Notes: a model not told the origin generated them from the sequence alone. DNA of 64,000 bases from an uncultured Actinomycetota bacterium (GCA_963718235.1 CAVQYR010000001.1:1536001-1600000), one strand, 5' to 3'. Shown: positions 29,694 to 38,210, counted from the first letter of the stretch. Numbers and translations: made by a program.

Positions 29694-30221
29694 ATGACTG
29701 AGCTGGACCGCTTGGCCGTGCGCGACTGGCCGCCGCATGTCACCGACGGCGAACGTTCCATGCTCAACGCATGGCTGGAGTTCCACCGGGCCACGCTGGC
29801 CGGCAAGTGCGCGGGGCTGAGCAGCGAACAGCTGAGAACGCGGTCGGTGCCGCCGTCCACGCTGTCGTTGCTCGGTCTGCTGCGACACATGACCGACGTC
29901 GAGCGTTACTGGTTCCAGTCGGTGTTCGCAGGAGCGGAGGCGACACCCCACTACTGGACGGAGGCGAACCCGGACGCGGACTTCGACGACGTTGACGTGG
30001 CCGATGTCGACACCGACGTCGCACGGTTTGACGACGAGTGTCGGACCTCGCGACGGATCGCCGAGGGCGCGGCGTCGCTCGACGTGGTCGGCGTCAGCCA
30101 GCGGGACGCCCACGACGTGTCCCTGCGGTGGATCCTCGTGCACATGATCGAGGAGTACGCACGGCACAACGGGCATGCAGACCTGCTCCGCGAGCGGATC
30201 GACGGGGCCGTCGGCGACTGA
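29694..30221 (+). CDS. DinB/DUF664-family protein
   Basis: LRHMTDVERYWF, HMIEEYARHNGHADLLRERIDG. Confidence 0.88.
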   Translation: MTELDRLAVRDWPPHVTDGERSMLNAWLEFHRATLAGKCAGLSSEQLRTRSVPPSTLSLLGLLRHMTDVERYWFQSVFAGAEATPHYWTEANPDADFDDVDVADVDTDVARFDDECRTSRRIAEGAASLDVVGVSQRDAHDVSLRWILVHMIEEYARHNGHADLLRERIDGAVGD

Positions 30222-30255
30222 CGTCGACCGGTCGGCCGTTGCTAGCATCTGGACC

Positions 30256-30495
30256 ATGAGCCATGTCACCGTCGAGTCGGCGGACCGGTCCTGGACCGTC
30301 ACGAAGGTCGTTGCCGTCGTGGTCGCGATCCTCACCGCCGGCTACATGCTCCCGTGGGCGATCGCCGCGGTGCGCGACGTGCCGCACTGGTCGGTGTTCT
30401 GGGTGAACCTGCTGCTGGGGTGGACCATCGTCGGGTGGATCGTGGCCCTGGTGATGGCGCTTCGGGCTCAGCGCCGGGTCATCGTCACCGAGTAG
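30256..30495 (+). CDS. Superinfection-immunity-family small membrane protein
   Basis: YMLPWAIA..R, NLLLGWTIVGWIVALV signature. Confidence 0.75.
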   Translation: MSHVTVESADRSWTVTKVVAVVVAILTAGYMLPWAIAAVRDVPHWSVFWVNLLLGWTIVGWIVALVMALRAQRRVIVTE

Positions 30496-31408
30496 CCGGA
30501 CCCTTGCTCCGAGGCTGATGGGACGGCTGACCGTCACCCTGGCCTCGGGCCAGGGTCATCGCGCCCAGAGCGCTGATCACCATCACGGCGCCGATCACCT
30601 GACGCAGGTCGAGTCGCTCGCCGAGAAGCGCCCAGCTGAAGATCAGGCCGAAGGCGGGAACGAGCGTGAGGTACATCCCGGCGCGGGTTGCCGTGGTCAG
30701 CCGAAGCCCGGAAACGTAGAGCCAGAAGGCCACGCCGTAGTAGAGGATTCCCGCAGAGATGGCCGCACCTACCTCGAGCGAAGTGGCCTGCCAAGACGGG
30801 CCCTCCTGGAGGCCAACGACCGTCAGAACCGTAGCTGCGAAGAGCAGCGCCACTACCTGCTGCGCCCACACGATCGACAGTGAGCCATCCGTCAGGTGCA
30901 TGCGACGCAGCAGAACCGAGTACAAGGCACATGCGGTAACCGCAGCGAGGGTGAGGGTCACACCCCACGGGGAAGCCGGCCCCGTGGGGGTGCCGATGAT
31001 CAGAGCGACGCCGAGCATCGCCAGGGCCATGACGATCAGTGTGCTCCGGCCGGCCCGCTCGTGAAGGACGAGCAGCGCCAGCAGGACCACGAGTAGTGGC
31101 TCGGTCGCCCACAGTACGACCGAGACCGAAGCGTCGATCCGGGCCAGGCCGAGCAGCCCCAGGGCGTAGGCGACGCCCGGATTCAAGGCTCCGAGGAGGG
31201 CGGCTCTCCGATTGACGACTCGCAGCTGCGAGGTCTGTCCGGTGAGCCGGAGCAGGAGTGAGAGGAACATCACGCTGCAGACCAGCTGGAAGGGCAGCAG
31301 CGTGAGCGGGGTGAACCCGGACAGCGCGTACTTCGTGAGAACCGTGCCCAGGCCCCAGCACAGCATCGCCGGGACCAGAAGGGCAGCACTGCGTGAGCGA
31401 ACGTTCAT
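30485..31408 (-). CDS. EamA/DMT-family transporter
   Basis: About 10 TM helices in two repeats; CWG, LHER, LLGERL; AGGAG RBS. Confidence 0.88.
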   Translation of the reverse strand: MNVRSRSAALLVPAMLCWGLGTVLTKYALSGFTPLTLLPFQLVCSVMFLSLLLRLTGQTSQLRVVNRRAALLGALNPGVAYALGLLGLARIDASVSVVLWATEPLLVVLLALLVLHERAGRSTLIVMALAMLGVALIIGTPTGPASPWGVTLTLAAVTACALYSVLLRRMHLTDGSLSIVWAQQVVALLFAATVLTVVGLQEGPSWQATSLEVGAAISAGILYYGVAFWLYVSGLRLTTATRAGMYLTLVPAFGLIFSWALLGERLDLRQVIGAVMVISALGAMTLARGQGDGQPSHQPRSKGPATR

Positions 31409-31453
31409 GGGGGCTCCTGCTTGTGGACGGACAGCGGATGGACGCGTGGCGCG

Positions 31454-31531
31454 TCAGTGGTCGCTGTCGCAGGTGCTGTACCCAGGCGGGCAGGCGGGAC
31501 GGCGACGCCGTCTGGGCTGCCCGGGTTTCAC
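31454..31531 (-). CDS. Putative leader peptide MKPGQPRRRRRPACPPGYSTCDSDH upstream of EamA
   Basis: TACGCT -10 box 7 nt before GTG; five consecutive Arg codons. Confidence 0.35.
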   Translation of the reverse strand: MKPGQPRRRRRPACPPGYSTCDSDH

Positions 31532-31550
31532 GGTGAGGAGCGTAGTCCGT

Positions 31551-32027
31551 TCAGGCACCGACGTCGGCGGCTTGGCCTCCGGTGATGCGCAGCAGCTCGT
31601 CGTAGCTGGTGGGGAACACCGTGTAGGGGTGTCCGGCTGCGGCCCAGACCACCGGGAAGTCGGCGAGGTCGACGTCGATCAGGGTGCGCAGCGGCTGAGG
31701 GTGTCCGACCGGGGCGACCCCGCCGATAGGCATGCCGGTGTGCTCGCGGACGAAGTCGGCGGTGGCCTTGCCGACGCGCTGCGCCCCGACCAGGGAGGCA
31801 ACAGCGTGGACGTCGACCCGGTGCCCGCCGCTGGCCAGGACGAGCAGGGGAGCGCCGTCGGCGTCGAAGACCAGGCTGTTGGCGATCGCGGCGACGTCGC
31901 ACCCGAGCTGGGCGGCGGCCGCGGCCGCGGTGGGTGCGGCCTCCTGCAGGGCGACGACCTCGCCGGAGACCCCCAGGTCGCGCAGCTGGGTGGTGATCCG
32001 TTGCACGGTCCGATGGGCCAGCGGCAT
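31551..32027 (-). CDS. YbaK/EbsC-family aminoacyl-tRNA deacylase
   Basis: AIANSLVF, SGGHRVD, TGMPIGGVAPVGH, WAAAGHP. Confidence 0.88.
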   Translation of the reverse strand: MPLAHRTVQRITTQLRDLGVSGEVVALQEAAPTAAAAAAQLGCDVAAIANSLVFDADGAPLLVLASGGHRVDVHAVASLVGAQRVGKATADFVREHTGMPIGGVAPVGHPQPLRTLIDVDLADFPVVWAAAGHPYTVFPTSYDELLRITGGQAADVGA

Positions 32028-32108
32028 GGCCGGACCCTACCGAGGTCGCCAGAGGGGTAGACCAGCAGGCAGATCAGTGGCGCCGAGGTCTTGACGAGCT
32101 GAGGGTGT

Positions 32109-32124
32109 TCGAACATATGTTCGA
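32109..32124. promoter_or_regulatory. LexA (SOS) box
   Basis: Perfect palindrome TCGAAC-ATAT-GTTCGA matching the actinobacterial consensus; overlaps the -10 region downstream of TTGACG at 32091. Confidence 0.92.
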
Positions 32125-32200
32125 GACCTCCTGGGCGGGGCTCGCGGCCCACCCAGGGCCTGCCGGACGGCGAGGCGGCCTCGACCCCCGTTCCAGCCGT

Positions 32201-32254
32201 CCGGCAGGCACCGGACAGGCACCCAACAGGCACCGGACAGACACCGGACAGACA
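32201..32254 (+). repeat. About five copies of an 11-bp tandem repeat (CCGGACAGRCA) directly before the RBS
   Basis: CCGG-CAGGCA/CCGGACAGGCA/CCCAACAGGCA/CCGGACAGACA/CCGGACAGACA then GGAGG. Confidence 0.8.
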
Positions 32255-32264
32255 GGAGGGACTC

Positions 32265-32597
32265 ATGCGTCGCTGTACCGACCGGGTCGAGGTCTTGGCC
32301 CCCCGGGCTCCGTCGACCGGGTCGACCCGGTCGACCCGGGCCGACTCGGTGGTGGCGCCGCTGGTCTTCCGCTGGCGGGGTCGTCGTTACGTGGTCTCCC
32401 ACGTGCTCGCCGACTGGATCGAGGTGGAGCCGTGGTGGACCGGCTCGGACCTGCGCAGCGAGGGCGAGTCGGAGCAGCGCTGGTGGCGGGTGGAGGCCGG
32501 GCGTCGGTCGGCGGCGTCGACGCAGGGGCAGGTCACCGGGGTGTTCGACCTGTGCTGGCGAGACGGCGGCTGGTCGATGCGCCGGATCGCGGACTAG
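32265..32597 (+). CDS. DUF6504-family protein (standalone ImuB C-terminal-like domain)
   Basis: FRWRGRRYVV, W....PWW, WWRVEA, GVFDL, W....IAD end; GGAGG RBS. Confidence 0.75.
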   Translation: MRRCTDRVEVLAPRAPSTGSTRSTRADSVVAPLVFRWRGRRYVVSHVLADWIEVEPWWTGSDLRSEGESEQRWWRVEAGRRSAASTQGQVTGVFDLCWRDGGWSMRRIAD

Positions 32598-32627
32598 ACG
32601 CAGCCAGAAACCCAGAAGGAGAGTGCG

Positions 32628-33101
32628 ATGAGCGGTACACCGATCAGCCAGCGGACCGACCGGCGCCCGGCGTCGCGCGCCCTGGGGTCGCCCCCGATCG
32701 GTCGGCTGCCCGGGGTTCTCGACCTGCTGCAGACCGCCCGGCACGGGCTGGCCGAGGCGATGGTCGCCCCCCGGCCGGCCGAGCGCTACGCCCAGGCCCA
32801 CGTGGCCGCCCTGCGCACGGCGGCTGCCGTCCTGGCGGCGCGGACCCGCCCGGCCGGCACCCGTGGTCCGCGCAGTGCCTGGGCCCTGCTCGCCCAGGTC
32901 GCCCCCGAGCTGGGTGAGTGGGCCACCTTCTTCGCCGCCGGGGCCGGCAAGCGAGCCGCGGCCGAGGCCGGTCTCGACGCCGTCACCACCCGTGAGGCCG
33001 ACGACCTGCTGCGGGACGCCGAGACCTTCCTCGCCCTGGTCGAGACCACGCTGGGTGTCCCGCACCAGACCAGCCTTCCGCTCGGTCGCCGTGCCGGCTG
33101 A
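32628..33101 (+). CDS. SAV_6107-like HEPN domain protein
   Basis: RYAQAHVAALRTAAAVLA, SAWALLAQVAPELGEWATFFAAGAGKRAAAEAG, READDLLRDAETF. Confidence 0.8.
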   Translation: MSGTPISQRTDRRPASRALGSPPIGRLPGVLDLLQTARHGLAEAMVAPRPAERYAQAHVAALRTAAAVLAARTRPAGTRGPRSAWALLAQVAPELGEWATFFAAGAGKRAAAEAGLDAVTTREADDLLRDAETFLALVETTLGVPHQTSLPLGRRAG

Positions 33102-36100
33102 CCCCTTCACCCACCTGCACGTCGCCTCCGGCTGGTCGCTGCGGCACGGGACCTCCCACCCCGAGCAGCTGGTCGCGGTCGCGGCCGAGCACGGCATGTC
33201 GGCCCTGGCGCTCACCGACCGAGACGGCGTGGCCGGTGCGGTGCGGTTCGCGGTGGCCTGCTCCGCGGCGGGCCTGCACCCCATCCTCGGCGTCGACCTG
33301 GCGGTGGCTCCGGTCACCGGGTCGGCGCTCCGGGCCGGGCCCCTTGCTGGGCCCCTTGCTGGGCCCCTTGCTGGGGTCCACGGGCGTCCGCCGACCCCGG
33401 CCCGGGGCGGGGTGAGCGTCGACCCCCGGCTGCCCCGGGTCACCGTGCTCGCCCGAGGTCGCACCGGCTGGGCTGCGGTCTGCCGGCTGGTCAGCGCGGC
33501 CCACGGGCAGCGGGGGTTCCCCCTGGTCACCACCGACCTGGTGGCCCAGCACGCCGCCGCCGGCGACCTGGTGGTGCTGCTCGGCCCAGGGTCCGACCTG
33601 GGCACGGCGGTCACGGCGCGCCACCACGACGACGCGGCGGCACTGCTGACCCGCTGGCGGGCGGTGCTGCCGACCGGGTCGCTCGTGGTCGAGCTGGTCA
33701 ACCACCGTGGTGCCGACGTGGTCGGCCGGTCCGCCAGCAGCGCGGCTCGCCTGCTCGGCTTCGCCCACGAGCACCGGCTGCCGGTGGTGGTGACCAACGC
33801 CGTCCGCTACGCACACCGCGACGACGCGCCGGTGGCCGACGTGCTCGACGCCGTGCGTCGCCTGGTCCCCCTCGACCTGCGGCACATCGACCGGCGCACC
33901 GGAGAGGGGTATCTCAAGTCGGGGCCGCAGATGGCCCAGGTGGTGGCCGAGGTCGTCCGCCACAGCGGGGTCAGTGACGAGTCACGCACCGCGGCTGCCG
34001 TGCTCGCCGCCACCCGCGAGCTGGCCGAGAGCTGCTGGCTCGACCCGCGTGACGACCTCGGGATCGGCTCGGTCCACTTCCCCGAGCTGTCGGTGGTCTC
34101 ACCGGACGACTACGCCGCTGGGCGCAGCGCCGACGCGGTGCTGCGTGAGCGGTGTGACGCCGGGTGGGCGCGGCGCGGCCTGCCCCAGCACGGTCGTGCG
34201 GGGCGGGCCGTCGCCGACCGGTTGACCACCGAGCTGGAGGTGATCACCGGGCTCGGCTACGCCACGTACTTCCTCACCGTCGGCGACGTCTGCGACATGA
34301 TCCGGTCGATGCAGGTCCGGGTCGCGGCCCGTGGCTCCGGCGCCGGGTCGTTGGTGAACTACCTGCTCGGGATCTCCGGGGTCGACCCCATGCGGCACGG
34401 GCTGCTGTTCGAACGGTTCCTGTCACCTCTGCGTGAGGCGCTGCCCGACATCGACGTCGACGTCGAGTCCGCCCGTCGCACCGAGATCTACACCCGCATC
34501 TTCGAGCGGTTCGGCGACGACCGGGTGGCGTGTGTCTCGATGGCCGACACCTATCGGGTACGGCACGCCGTCCGCGACGTCGGTGCCGCACTGGGCCTTC
34601 CGCCCGACGAGATCGATGCCATGGCCAAGGCCTTCCCGCACATCCGGGCCCGCGACGCCCGCGCGGCGCTGCGCGAGCTCCCCGAGCTGCGGGCCAGTGG
34701 TCTGGCCCGGCTCGCCGACGAGCCGGGCAGCCGGATCGACCGGTTGTTCTCCCTGGTCGAGAAGCTCGACGGTCTGCCCCGGCACCGGGCGCTGCACCCG
34801 TGCGGGGTGCTGCTGTCCGACGTCTCACTGCTCGACCGCACCCCGGTCGAGCCCAGCGCGCTGGGCTTTGCGATGAGCCAGTTCGACAAGGACGACGTCG
34901 AGCAGCTCGGCCTGCTCAAGCTCGACGTCCTCGGTGTGCGGATGCAGTCGGCGATGGCCTACGCCCTCGACGAGATCACCCGGGTCGAGGGCGCGGCTGC
35001 CCGGCCCGACCTCGACGCGGTTCCCCTCGACGACCCGGCCACGTTCGACCTCGTGCGCTCCACCCACACCCTGGGCTGCTTCCAGATCGAGTCACCCGGC
35101 CAGCGTGAGCTCGTCGGCAAGTTCGCCCCGGCGACGTTCGACGACCTGATCACCGACATCTCGCTGTTTCGCCCCGGCCCGGTGAAGTCCGACATGGTCA
35201 CCCCGTTCCTGTCGGCGCGCCAGGGATGGTCGTCCCCGCAGTACCTGCACCCCGACCTGGAGCCGGCGCTGCGCTCGACCTACGGCGTGGTGGTGTTCCA
35301 CGAGCAGGTGCTGCAGATCCTGGCCACCTTCACCGGGTGCAGCCTGGCCCAGGCCGACGAACGACGCCGTGCGCTCGGTGACCCCGACGGCCAGGCCGAG
35401 ACCCGCGAGTGGTTCTACCCGCTGGCCCTGGGCCGGGGCTACGACCTGGTGACGGTCGAACGGGTCTGGGAGGTCCTGCGGGCCTTCGCGTCGTTCGGCT
35501 TCTGCAAGGCCCATGCCGCCGCCTTCGCGCTGCCCACCTACCAGTCCGCCTGGCTGAAGGCCCACCATCCGGCCGCGTTCCTGGCCGGCGTCCTCACCCA
35601 CGACCCCGGCATGTACCCCAAGCGGCTCATCCTCGACGACGCCCGCCAGTTCGGGATCGCGGTGCTGTCCCTCGACGTCAACGCCTCCGGTGAGCACTAC
35701 CGGGTCGAACGGGTCGACCCGTACGACGAGCCGCCGCCCCGCGTGCTCGGGCAGCTGGTCGGCGACGGCACTCCCCGGGGCGTGCCCGACCACCCGGGGC
35801 TCCCGGACGCCCGCGGCTACGGCATCCGGCTCGCCCTGGCCGACGTCAAGGGGATCACCGACGACGAGATCGCCCGGATCGTGGCCGGTCGACCCTTCCA
35901 CGGGGTGGCCGACTTCTGGCACCGCACCGGGGTCTCCCGGCCGGTGGTCGAACGCCTGGTCGTCGCGGGCGGGTTCGACTCGGTGTACGGCCTGGACTCC
36001 GGGATCGCCCTACGGCGTCGGGACCGGATCACCCGCAGAGACCTGCTCGTGCAGGTCTCCGAGCTGCAGCGGTGGAGCCGGGGTCCCCAAACGTCGCGGG

Positions 36101-36933
36101 GCCGTGCTGCGACCCGGGCCGGATCAACTCGGGCCGGATCGACCCGAGGCGTGGAGGCCGACCAGCTGGCCCTCGACCTCGGCGGGATCGACGAGACGCC
36201 GTCGGGGCTGCCGGAGATGTCCGACACCGAACGGGTCCGGGCCGAGCTGGAGGTGCTCGGGCTGGACGCCAGTCGTCACGTGCTCGAGTCGTACGCCCTG
36301 ATGCTGTCGGCCCTGGGGATCGCCCGGTCGCGTGACCTGCTGGCCCACCGCTCCGGCCGTGAGCTGTTCGTGGCCGGGGTGAAGGTCGCCACCCAGACCC
36401 CACCGGTCCGGTCCGGACGCCGGGTGGTCTTCGTCACGCTGGACGACGCCACCGGTCCGGTCGATGCCACCTTCTTCGAGGACACCCAGGGGCCGTACGC
36501 CGCCACCGTGTTCCACTCGTGGCTGTTGCTGGTCCGTGGTGTGCTCCGTCGGACCGGGCCGCGCGGTGTCTCGTTGCGGGCAACCGGCTGCTGGGAGCTC
36601 ACCGCGGTCCACGAGGCCTGGCTCGAAGGGGGAGCAGCAGCGGTGGAGCAGCTGCTGGAGACGGTCCCCGAAGGGTTCGGTACGTCGGTCGACGAGGAGG
36701 CGGCCTCAGGAGCTGCCGCCAGCCGCTCGGCCCGTCCGGTGATGGCTGGTCCCCAGCCGGTGCCGGGGTCGTCAGGAAAGGCTGGTGGCATGGGACGACG
36801 ACGGGTGCTCGTGCACCCCAGCGGCTTTCGCCAGTCACCGTTCGCCGATGTGCGTCCAGCCGGTGACGACACCAACCAGGGAGAGCCGCCGCGCAAGCTG
36901 TGGCACTCCAGCCCCGGAAGCGCGGGACACTAG
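33091..36933 (+). CDS. dnaE2: Error-prone DNA polymerase III alpha subunit (DnaE2/ImuC type)
   Basis: PHP HLHV/ALTDRD, RGSGAGS, LFERFL, PDIDVD, HPCGV, KLDVLG, FGFCKAH, OB fold; downstream of SOS box. Confidence 0.92.
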   Translation: MPADPFTHLHVASGWSLRHGTSHPEQLVAVAAEHGMSALALTDRDGVAGAVRFAVACSAAGLHPILGVDLAVAPVTGSALRAGPLAGPLAGPLAGVHGRPPTPARGGVSVDPRLPRVTVLARGRTGWAAVCRLVSAAHGQRGFPLVTTDLVAQHAAAGDLVVLLGPGSDLGTAVTARHHDDAAALLTRWRAVLPTGSLVVELVNHRGADVVGRSASSAARLLGFAHEHRLPVVVTNAVRYAHRDDAPVADVLDAVRRLVPLDLRHIDRRTGEGYLKSGPQMAQVVAEVVRHSGVSDESRTAAAVLAATRELAESCWLDPRDDLGIGSVHFPELSVVSPDDYAAGRSADAVLRERCDAGWARRGLPQHGRAGRAVADRLTTELEVITGLGYATYFLTVGDVCDMIRSMQVRVAARGSGAGSLVNYLLGISGVDPMRHGLLFERFLSPLREALPDIDVDVESARRTEIYTRIFERFGDDRVACVSMADTYRVRHAVRDVGAALGLPPDEIDAMAKAFPHIRARDARAALRELPELRASGLARLADEPGSRIDRLFSLVEKLDGLPRHRALHPCGVLLSDVSLLDRTPVEPSALGFAMSQFDKDDVEQLGLLKLDVLGVRMQSAMAYALDEITRVEGAAARPDLDAVPLDDPATFDLVRSTHTLGCFQIESPGQRELVGKFAPATFDDLITDISLFRPGPVKSDMVTPFLSARQGWSSPQYLHPDLEPALRSTYGVVVFHEQVLQILATFTGCSLAQADERRRALGDPDGQAETREWFYPLALGRGYDLVTVERVWEVLRAFASFGFCKAHAAAFALPTYQSAWLKAHHPAAFLAGVLTHDPGMYPKRLILDDARQFGIAVLSLDVNASGEHYRVERVDPYDEPPPRVLGQLVGDGTPRGVPDHPGLPDARGYGIRLALADVKGITDDEIARIVAGRPFHGVADFWHRTGVSRPVVERLVVAGGFDSVYGLDSGIALRRRDRITRRDLLVQVSELQRWSRGPQTSRGRAATRAGSTRAGSTRGVEADQLALDLGGIDETPSGLPEMSDTERVRAELEVLGLDASRHVLESYALMLSALGIARSRDLLAHRSGRELFVAGVKVATQTPPVRSGRRVVFVTLDDATGPVDATFFEDTQGPYAATVFHSWLLLVRGVLRRTGPRGVSLRATGCWELTAVHEAWLEGGAAAVEQLLETVPEGFGTSVDEEAASGAAASRSARPVMAGPQPVPGSSGKAGGMGRRRVLVHPSGFRQSPFADVRPAGDDTNQGEPPRKLWHSSPGSAGH
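33337..33372 (+). repeat. In-frame 12-bp tandem repeat x3 (GPLA) in the dnaE2 PHP domain
   Basis: GGGCCCCTTGCT x3. Confidence 0.85.
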
Positions 36934-36938
36934 CCGCG

Positions 36939-38210
36939 ATGAGCCGTAAACAGCTGCACCGCACCCACAGCGGGGTGGGACCCGACGAGCACCTCCCCGA
37001 CGATGCCGGGTGCACGATCCTGCACGTCGACATGGACGCCTTCTTCGCCTCCGTGGAGCTGCTGCGGCACCCCGAGCTCGTCGGCCGGCCGGTCATCATC
37101 GGCGGCGGCGGCACGCGCGGGGTCGTCTTGTCGGCCACCTACGAAGCCCGGGCGTTCGGCGTCCACTCCGCGATGCCCACCAGCCGGGCCCGACGGCTGT
37201 GTCCCCAGGCGGTCGTCCTGACCCCGCACCACGACGACTACGCCAGGGCCTCGGCGGGCGTGATGGCCGTGTTCGCAGCCGTCACTCCGCTGGTCGAGCC
37301 ACTGAGTCTGGACGAGGCCTTCCTCGACGTCGCCGGCTCGATCCGCCGGCTCGGCTCCGGGAGGGTCATCGCCGAGCAGATCCGCACCCAGGTCGCCGAC
37401 GAGCAGGGGATCACCTGCTCGGTGGGCGTGGCCACCACGAAGTTCGTGGCCAAGCTCGCGTCGGCCCAGGCCAAGCCCGACGGCGTTCTCGTCGTGCCGG
37501 CCGACCACGTCGTGACCTTCTTGCACCCGTTGCCCGTCGGCGCCTTGTGGGGGGTCGGGGAGAAGACCGAGGAGACCCTGCACCGACTCGGGCTGCGCAC
37601 GGTCGGCGACCTGGCCAACACCCCGGTGACCACGTTGGAGCGAGCGCTCGGCTCGGCGTCGGGACGACACCTGGCCGCCTTGGCCTGGGGTCGCGACGAC
37701 CGCCGGGTGCAGCCGTACGAGCCGGACCGCAGCCTGGGTGCGGAGCACACCTTCGCTGCCGACGTCGACGACCCGGCGGTGGTCTACCGCGAGCTCCTCC
37801 GGCTGAGCGACACCGTCGCCGCCCGGCTGCGGGCCTCCGGCCAGGCCGGCCGGACGGTCAGTCTGAAGGTCCGGTTCGCCGACTTCACCACCCTCACCCG
37901 GTCGCGCACCCTGCCCGAGCCGATCGACGTCGCCCGCACGCTGTACGCGGTCTCCCGAGCCCTGTACGAGGCGCTGCACCTCGACCGGGCCCGGATCCGG
38001 CTCGTCGGAGTCCGGGTCGAGGGGCTCGTGGTCGGTGACCACCAGCCCCACCAGCTGGCCCTGGACGAACGTCCGCTCGGGTGGCGTGAGGCCGAGCAGG
38101 CGGTCGACCGGGCGTCGGCCCGGTTCGGGGCCGGCGTGGTCAAGCCGGCCAGCCTGGTCCGCGACGACCCGTCGGGGGTCCAGAACGCCTCGCGCCGTGC
38201 CGACACATGA
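36939..38210 (+). CDS. dinB: DNA polymerase IV (Y family)
   Basis: HVDMDAFFASVE, YEAR.FGV.SAMP, SLDEAFLD, KPDG; QLALD clamp-like motif. Confidence 0.93.
   Translation: MSRKQLHRTHSGVGPDEHLPDDAGCTILHVDMDAFFASVELLRHPELVGRPVIIGGGGTRGVVLSATYEARAFGVHSAMPTSRARRLCPQAVVLTPHHDDYARASAGVMAVFAAVTPLVEPLSLDEAFLDVAGSIRRLGSGRVIAEQIRTQVADEQGITCSVGVATTKFVAKLASAQAKPDGVLVVPADHVVTFLHPLPVGALWGVGEKTEETLHRLGLRTVGDLANTPVTTLERALGSASGRHLAALAWGRDDRRVQPYEPDRSLGAEHTFAADVDDPAVVYRELLRLSDTVAARLRASGQAGRTVSLKVRFADFTTLTRSRTLPEPIDVARTLYAVSRALYEALHLDRARIRLVGVRVEGLVVGDHQPHQLALDERPLGWREAEQAVDRASARFGAGVVKPASLVRDDPSGVQNASRRADT

Noticed and set aside
28771-31408. Genomic island or prophage remnant
   Set aside because: No integrase, att repeats, tRNA or transposase visible; the genes are common actinobacterial accessory families
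32201-32254. Short repeats as a possible CRISPR array (also 44511-44548, 58447-58485)
   Set aside because: Units of 6-13 bp with no spacers and no cas genes
32105-32917. 270-aa ORF beginning MFEHMFE
   Set aside because: The start is simply the translated LexA palindrome; overlaps two better genes
33091-36933. Intein in dnaE2 to explain its length
   Set aside because: No C/S...HN splice motifs or homing endonuclease; extra length is low-complexity loops and short in-frame repeats (33337-33372, 36112-36147)
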